This document shows, piece after piece, positions 27,901 through 36,900 of a stretch of DNA of 64,000 bases. Each line of letters opens with the position of its first letter. Positions within the stretch are counted from its first letter, which is position 1. Source of the stretch: Octopus sinensis (Eukaryota); contig NW_021833113.1 in the NCBI RefSeq assembly GCF_006345805.1, positions 1 to 64,000 of the forward strand, given 5' to 3'. A program made the translations under genes and the position numbers. Under the pieces are notes generated by a model that was not told the DNA's origin, ran no database searches, and saw only the letters and a program-made list of their open reading frames with translations.

Positions 27901-30900
27901 TCACTCGAATACTTCTGTGTATACGATGTTCCTAGCTGTCTCTTTGGGCGATAAAAAGGTCGAGTTGTGTCCCCTAGACTGAAAATGTGTTGCATATAAA
28001 AAGCTTAGATTCTCGACCCCCATGTCAAATTTATCGATTTTTTTAAGAACTGGGGGAACTTTTCAAAATTTTCGCTGCATTAGTTTTGAATTATGACATT
28101 GGGCTATGTGTGTGTCAAGTTTCATCAGAATCGGTTGAAAGCCGTGGTCAGGGTGAGGGTACAACCTGACAGACACACAGACAGACAAACTGCCGTTTAT
28201 ATATAGAGAGATGCAAGATGAAGATGAAGATGAAAAGTGGATGATAGGTGTATATGCTGTTCTTCTGGAGTTTTTGCTCTTTTGTCTACAGAAAATCTGT
28301 AAAATACAACGAATGGCTTACTGTGGGTTGGAATACATCTCAATCATTTTGAAACTGGAGACGAATTTGCTATTTAAACGCATCGCTGATCAGCAGTGTC
28401 TGCCTGTGTTCTGTTTATAGTGAGCTGCTGAATAGCGCAACCAGTTACTAAATATCATCATCATCATCGTTTAACATCCATCTTCCATACACGTATGAGT
28501 AGGTTTTAAATGAGCATCACTGTCATACAAGCAGTGTTGTCCCTTGCACAGAAAACCATGTCTGGTCATAGGGAGAGTGGGAAATATTTGAGGCTTGGTG
28601 ACAGGAAAGGCATTTGACCATAATGAAAAGATCCAGAAGGATGAAAAGAGAAACTGGCCTTGGCAGGATTTGAACTCAGAAACACTGCAACCAGGCATTG
28701 GACAATGAGAGGAACATCATAAGAGGGACCTGTCCTTCGTGTCAGTCCATCATAATGTCTGCCCTTCCGGTCTCTGTGACTGAAGAGAAGATAACCGCTC
28801 TGAAATGCAAGCATCCCACAGGTGGCGCTGTCGGTTGTTTCAGTGTCTTTACACCTTTCTGTCTAGAGCAGTGCTTTTCAAACTTTTTGCTGGAGCGGAA
28901 CCCCAAGGAAACATTCCACTGGCTCGAGGAACCGGTGAGGTAGAAAAACTACCCAAGGCTACTGTGTCAGTTTTGGTAGGGATTTTAGGGTTAGGATGCC
29001 CTTCATAACACTAACCACTCTGCAGAGTGGGCTCAGTGCTTTTTATGTGGCACTAAGCACAGGTGAGGTTAGTTTTGGCATGGTTTTTACAGCTGGATGC
29101 CCTTCCAGATGCCAACCACTTTACAGTGTGGACTGGATGCTTTTTAAGTGGCACCTGCACTGACAGGGTCACCAAGTAACTTGCAAGACAAGGAATTATG
29201 AGAGGGGCAGGGGGCATTTGAGGAGGGGATCTTGTGTCAGAGGATGAAAGGTTAGAGTGTGACAGAGAGACAGAAGCAGGAGTCTTTCCACAACAGAGGT
29301 GGGCATTAGAGGAGGAGGTGATCCAGTATCAGATGACGAAAGGGTTAGAGTGTGACAGAGAGACAGAAGCAGGAGTCTTTCCACAACAGAGGTGGGCATT
29401 AGAGGAGGAGGTGATCCAGTATCAAACGGTGAAAGGTTAGAATAGAGAAATGTCTTACTATAGAAGAGGTATATGGTTACCCAGTGAGAGAGAGAGAGAG
29501 AGGAATATCAAGAATTCATACATCCCAATCTAGTTAGGTAGCATCAAGGCTGATTCAAGATATATTTACTCCCATTTTTCTACAGCAAGAATTCTTAATG
29601 ATCGGTGACACATAAGAAAACACCATCCGAGCATGGCCGTTCGCCAGCCTCATCTGGCACCTGTGTCGGTGGCACATAAAAAACACCATCCAATCGTGGC
29701 CGTCTGCCAGCCACATCTGGCACCTGTGTCGGTGGCACATAAAAACACCATCCGAGCGTGGCCGTCTGCCAGCCTCATCTGGCACCTGTGTCGGTGGCAC
29801 ATAAAAAACACCATCCGATCGTGGCCGTTCGCCAGCCTCATCTGGCACCTGTGTCGGTGGCACATAAAAACACCATCCGATCGTGGCCGTCTGCCAGCCT
29901 CATCTGGCACCTGTGTCGGTGGCACATAAAAACACCATCCGAGCGTGGACGTCTGCCAGCCTCGTCTGGCACCTGTGTCGGTGGCACATAAAAAACACCA
30001 TCCAATCGTGGCCGTTCGCCAGCCTCATCTGGCACTTGTGTCGGTGGCACATAAAAAACACCATCCGATCGTGGCCATCTGCCAGCCTCATCTGGCACCT
30101 GTGTCGGTGGCACATAAAAACACCATCCGAGCGTGGCCGTCTGCCAGCCTCGTCTGGCACCTGTGTTGGTGGCACATAAAAAACACCATCCGATCGTGGC
30201 CGTTTGCCAGACTCGTCTGGCACCTGTGTCGGTGGCACATAAAATCACCCACTACACTCTCGGAGTGGTTGGCGTTAGGAAGGGCATCCAGCTGTAGAAA
30301 CACTGCCAGATCTGACTGGCCTGGTGCAGCCTTCGGGCTCCCCAGACCCCAGTTGAACCGTCCAACCCATGCTAGCATGGAAAGCGGACGTTAAACGATG
30401 ATGATGATGATGATGATGAAAACAGAATGAATGGTTTTTTTATGAGTTCAAATACGCTTCAAGCATATTCAAAATGGTAATGAGTTTGCTGTTTACAGCC
30501 ATCTGATCAGTTCTGTCACCCTGTGTTTTATATATGGTGAGCTGCTGAACAGCACAACCAGTCATTGAACATCATCATCATCTCATCATCGTTTAGTGTC
30601 CGCTTTCCATGCTAGCATGGGTTGGACGGTTCAACTGGGATCTGGGAAGCCAGAAGGCTGCACCAGGCCCAGTCTGATCTGGCAAAGTTTCTATGGCTGG
30701 ATGCCCTTCCTAACGCCAACCACTCCGTGAGTGTAGTGGGTGCTTTTTACGTGCCACCAGCACAGGTGCCAGACGAGGCTGGCAAACGACCACGATCGGA
30801 TGGTGCTTTGTACGTGCCACCGGCACGGAGGCCAGGCGAGGCTGGCAAACGGCCACGATCGGATGGTGCTTTTTACGTGCCACTGGCACGGAGGCCCATT

Positions 30901-33900
30901 GGAGTGGCGCTGGCAACGGCCACGTTCGGATGGTTCTCTTATGTGCCACCGGCACTGGTATCACAGCTACAATTTCCATTCATGTTGATTGATTTTGATT
31001 TTCACTTGCCTCAACAGGTCTTCACAAGTAGAGTTTTGTGTCCCAAGAAGGAAAGGTATGCATAAGTGGACTGAGGCTATGGGTTATGTTCTCACTTGAA
31101 CGATAACAAGAATATCCTAAAGAGACCTATCTCTCATATCAGTTTGTAGTATCTGCCTTTCTGGTCTCTGCTGCTGAAGAGGAGAAAATGACTCCAAAAT
31201 GTATGCCTCCAATGGTCTGGTTAGGTGACGTTGTGGGCTCCCTCAGTGTACTAACACCTTTCCACTGTAAGAAACCCAGTGAATGGGTTACTTACCAGTT
31301 TAAATATGGTTGAGGCATATTGGAACCTGTATCAAGTTTGTATTTCCACAAATCACTGATTTACTATTACTCCAGAATTATAATAAAATATTTTACCTTC
31401 TCTGCCGCAGATGAACTGTCCTTCATATATATACGCAATAAGTACATTTGTTTCTATTTCTAGAATATACTAAACAATCTTCCGTTAGACGATAGCCTGG
31501 CATTTGCAGCCCGAGCCTGTATGTTGCTCCAGATGGTCGCAGTCTTCCCGTTGCTAATCTATGTGTTTCGAGTTCAGTTCTTCCATGTGGTCTCTGGAAA
31601 TATTTACCCTGGGTAAGTAGACTCATTATTTTGGCCAGGTGGGTGGGTTATAGGGGTGGCAAAGCAGGCAGGGTGTCTGCTGGGGGTGAGTGTAGGGTGG
31701 GGGTGGGGTGGGGGTCGAGGTTGGTGGGTCGTCTGGAGCGATGGGTGTTCTGTTGGAATGGTTGTTGGAAGTGGGGGCTCTCAGGTGGTGGGCAGAAGAG
31801 TATGCGTGGAGGTTGGGGGTGGGTATGTGTAGGGTCGGGCGGGGGGAGCAGGTGATGGCCTGGTGTTTGAGTTTGGTGGTCAGTAAGTGTGTAGGTCTGG
31901 TGTGTGTACAGGTCTGTGTAGAAACATAAAGGTGTGTAGGGGGTGGAAACCTGGCGTGTGTCTGTCTGTGCTTTTGATGGCCCATGGTGGTATGCAGTCT
32001 GTTGAGATGGCTGCAGAGTGAGGAATATCTGTAGAGGCCTGAGGATGGCGCAGTCTGTAGGGATCCCTGCAAAGCAAGGGGCTCCAAAGGAAGTGGGACT
32101 GGTCCACAGGACATTATACGGGGAGATCTGTATGGGAGGTACCATATTTGGGGTGTTTGTGGAGGTGTGGCAGGTCAGTCTATTATAGTGGTTTTCATAG
32201 GGGTCCACGTCACCCTTGAAGGTCCACAGAAGATTTTGATGTTAAAATTTAAGTATAATAAATTAGTTACACTTCTACAATTCATGAAATATTTTAGTTT
32301 TTAAGGTGTGGCTGTGTGATAAGAAGCTTGCTTGCCAACCACATGGTCCCAGGTTCAGTCCCATTATGGGGTACCTTTGGCAAGTGTCTTCTACTATAGC
32401 CTCAGGCCAACCAAAGCCTTGTGATTGGATTTGGTAGACGGAAACTGAAAGAAGCCCATCGTGTATATATGTGTGTGTGTGTGTATGTTTTTGTGTGTGT
32501 TTGCCCCCACCACCACCACCACCACCACTTGAGAATCGATGTTGGTGTGCTCACATCCCTGTAACTTAACAGTTCAGCAAAAGAGGCCGATAGAATAAGT
32601 AATAAGTTCTAGGATTACCAAGAATAAGTCCTGGGGTCGATGTGTTCAACTAAAGGCGGTGCTCCAGCATGGCCACAGTTAAATGACTGAAACAAATAAA
32701 AGAATATATATATACATATATAATTTTTTTCACCCTTATTGTGATTTCAATTATAAATTAATATGTTCTCAAACCGGCTGTAAACTACTGGGGTAGTATT
32801 TGCATCCGGGTTTAGCGTGAGAATGAGGATATTTGAACATAACTGCAGATATAATCGCCTGTGCCATTTGCCTTTGTTTTGGCTTCGTGTTGATGTTGGC
32901 GTTTGACTCAGCAAAGTATATTTTTTTGATATACTCTACTGAAGATTCGAAAATGATTCTCTTTACTCTTTACTCTTTTACTTGTTTCAGTCATTTGACT
33001 GCGGCCATGCTGGAGCACCACCTTTAATCGAGCAACTCGACCCCGGGACTTATTCTTTTTAAAGCCCAGTACTTATTCTATCGGTCTCTTTTGCCGAGCC
33101 GCTAAGTGACGGGGACATAAACACACCAGCATCGGTTGTCAAGCTATGCTCGGGGACAAACACAGACACACAAACACACACACGCATATATATATATACA
33201 TATATACGACGGGCTTCTTTCAGTTTCCGTCTACCAAATCCACTCACAAGGCTTTGGTCGGCCCGAGGCTATAGTAGAAGACACTTACCCAAGGTGCCAC
33301 GCAGTGGGACTGAACCCGGAACCATGCGGTTGGTAGACAAGCTACTTACCACACAGCCACTCCTAAGTAAAATTACACAATCTATTAATGGTGAAACAAT
33401 TGTATAGAGTTAATCTATTTTTCCGTTATTTTTCATTTGTCCTGCTCGCTTACATTCTTGGCGCGTTGAATTTAATTCTTGAGAACAATTCTTTAATGGT
33501 GGATTCCCTTCGTGGAGCTATATCTAGCGTTAGAGTTGACCACATGTGGACTCTCTCTCGTTACTTGTATACATATATATATATATATATATATAAATTT
33601 ATATAAATAATTATATAGCGAATTATAATAACGAATATAATCGTGCTTATGGGGTGCAATTTAACTGGCCGCGTGCATACGTGCATATGTATTTATGTAT
33701 GGACGTTCGTATATATAAGTATATCATTTGTTCTGCATATATATATCTGTATTTATGTACCCTTGATATATTCAATTGATGACGGTAAAGCTTATCTAAA
33801 GCAAAACCAGAATCCTGGATCTTGAATTATTCAATAATTTTTGCTTGTATATTTTGTCCCCTGTCTTATCCCATGGTACGATATGAACACTTTAACGTGG

Positions 33901-36900
33901 TTTTTATAGTCAGAATTTCGACTGCTATTTCGGCATGTTGGTGTCTCTTAGACACCCTCATTTTTAATTATATATATATATATATATATGTGCATATGCA
34001 TGTGCCTGTCCCTCCACTTTTGCTTGATGACCGGTGTTGGTATGTTTACATCCCCGTAGTGCAGAAGGTTGTCTGTTGCCAACTCTGATCAACCCATCAG
34101 CATTCACGTAGTTTGGTCAAAAGGATTGCTCATTCATTCGCATCATCTTCAATTAATCATACATTACCATAGGCACAGGTGTGGCTGTGTGGTAAGAAGC
34201 CTGCTTCGCAACCACATGGTTCCAGGTTCAGTCCCACTGCATGGCACCTTCAACAAATGTCTTCTGCTATAGCCACAAGCCAACCAAAACCTTGTGAGTG
34301 GATTTGAAAGATGGAAACTGAAAGAATCCCACCATGTGTGTGTGTGTGTGTGTGTGTATTTATTACAAAGCAGCAGAAATATCACAAACTGTTTCGTTGG
34401 TCCTTTCAACCAACAAAACAAAACCATTTTCAAATGTGTATCCATTAACCCTTTAGTATTTAAACCGGCCATCATCATCATCATCATTAAGCGTTCACTT
34501 TCCATGCTAGCATGGGTTGGACGGTTCAACTGGGGTCTGTGAAGCCAGAAGGCTGCACCAGGCCGTCTGATCTGGCAGTGTTTCTATGGCTGGATGCCCT
34601 TCCTAATGCCATATCCGGCCAAAATAGTTAATCTGTTTTATGTTCAAACTGACCAGATCCAGGCCCTCACACCTACCCTACAATGTTATTCTACATTAAG
34701 TAATTACACCATCAAGATCTTGAAGATATGAGATAATGCATGATTAATTCAAATCAATGGGAATCAATAGGCATTATGTTTGATAGAATAATCTGAACAC
34801 TAAAGGGTTAAACTAATTTCAGGTTTGCTTATAACCTTGTTTTTGTTCCATTCTAAACAAAACTGTCTGACAAACGGGAACATGAAACTCTGAGTAACAG
34901 CTTTTGTTATATTTCTGCTGCTTTTAAATGAAGCATATTACTCTACCTCTGGTATTTGAGTACTATTTTTTCACCTGGTATATATTGGCACCTGTGCAGG
35001 TGGCACGTAAAAAGCACCCACTACACTCACGGAGTGGTTGGCGTTAGGAAGGGCATCCAGCTGTAGAAACATTGCCAGATTAGACTGGAGCCTGGTGCAG
35101 CCTTCTGGCTTCCCAGATCCCCGGTCGAACCGTCCAACCCATGCTAGCATGGAGAACGGACGTTAAACGATGATGATGATGATATATATATATAGATCAG
35201 CAACAATTTAGATTCAAATGAATATGGTACTTAATTTAGATGCACCAGAATTTTGTATGGTGTTACCCATAAAATTATGCGGGGTGATTATAATCAAAAA
35301 TAAGCAACAAGAATGAATCCGGTAATTTAGTACAATTGTTTCATACTACAACATTTTATTAAAAGCTGTAAATATTACAGCAGATTTAAGATGCCGAGTA
35401 ATCTTCAGCTAATTTTATTATTTACCTTCCCTAAGATGTTATTAATTGATCTGAGAACTTTATATTATTGGAAAACCTATATAAAATTAGCTGAAAATTA
35501 CTCGGCATCTTAAATCTGCTGTAATATTTACAGCTTTCAATAAAATGTTGTAGTATGAAACAATTGTACTAAATTACCGGATCCATTCTTGTTGCTTATT
35601 TTTGATTTTATGTATGTATTTATGGATGTGTGTATGTATATGTGTGTTTTTGTGTGTGTTTGTACCCCACCATCGTTTGACAACTGGCGTTGGTGTATTG
35701 ACATTTGTAACTTAGCAGTTCAGCAAAACAGATTGATTGGATGAGTACCAGGCTTAACAAATACGTACCGGGGTCAATCCATTCAACTAAAAGCCTTCAA
35801 GGTGGTGCTCTAGCATGGCTGCAGCTTAATGACTGAAACAAAAGATAAGAATCTTTTGATGAGGCACCTGTTAACGTTTCCGGATGACATTGTAGGGTAC
35901 GTGTAAGAGGCCAGATCTGACTGGTTTGAGCATAAAACCAGTGGAATATTTCGTGCAGATATGACTGGATTAAATGCTTAAAAGCGTTCCAACCATGACC
36001 TTCCCATTTTTTTCTAGAAATGATCAACACTCTTTTTTTTGCTTTCTTCCTCTCTCTGAGTGGTTAATGGATAAAGGCCACCGCATCACAGTCTTCTCCC
36101 TTATTTATTTCAGGGTACTCAAAGTGGTCCTTATGAATCTACTCATGTGTGCAATCAGCATCCTGTTTGCGTGTTTCCTGCCTAAAATTGGGAAAGTCAT
36201 CGGGTAAGTTGCTATCTTCCTCTCCCTGAACTATGCACACTCACATCTCACAATTACTATATTACTCGATCACAACCACCACCAGCATTACTAAACAGAT
36301 TGAAACAGCTGTGTGGTCAGAAGTTGGCTTTCCAACCACATGGTTCCAGGTTCAGGGCTCAGTGGTTAGCGCGTCGAGCTTAAGTCGTGAGGTTGTGAGC
36401 TCAAATCCCTGACCGGGCTGCGTGTTGTGTTCTTGAGCAAGACACTTTATTTCATGTTGCTCCAGTTCACTCAGCTGTAGAAATGAGTTGCGACCTCACT
36501 GGTGCCAAGGTGTATCGGCCCCTTTGTCTTTCCCTTGGATAACCCTGGTGGCGTGGAGAGGGGAGGCCGGGATGCATGGGCGACTGCTGGTCTTCCATAA
36601 ACCACTTTGCCCAGACTTGCGATTAGGAGGGTAACTTTCTAGGTGCAATCCCATGGTCAGTGTCGTGACCGAAGGGGGTCCCGATCCCACTGAGTGCTAC
36701 CTTAAATCCTTTAAAATGTTTCAGCCCGAAGGCCGCGGCCATGCTGGGGCACCACCTTGGGCAATTATCTTCTTCTATAACTTCAAGGCCAACCAAAGCC
36801 CTGGATTTGGTAGACAGAAATGGAAAGAAACATGTCATATAGTCTTTCTTTCACTTGTTTCAGTCATTTTGAACGTGGCCATGCTGGAGCACCACCTTAA

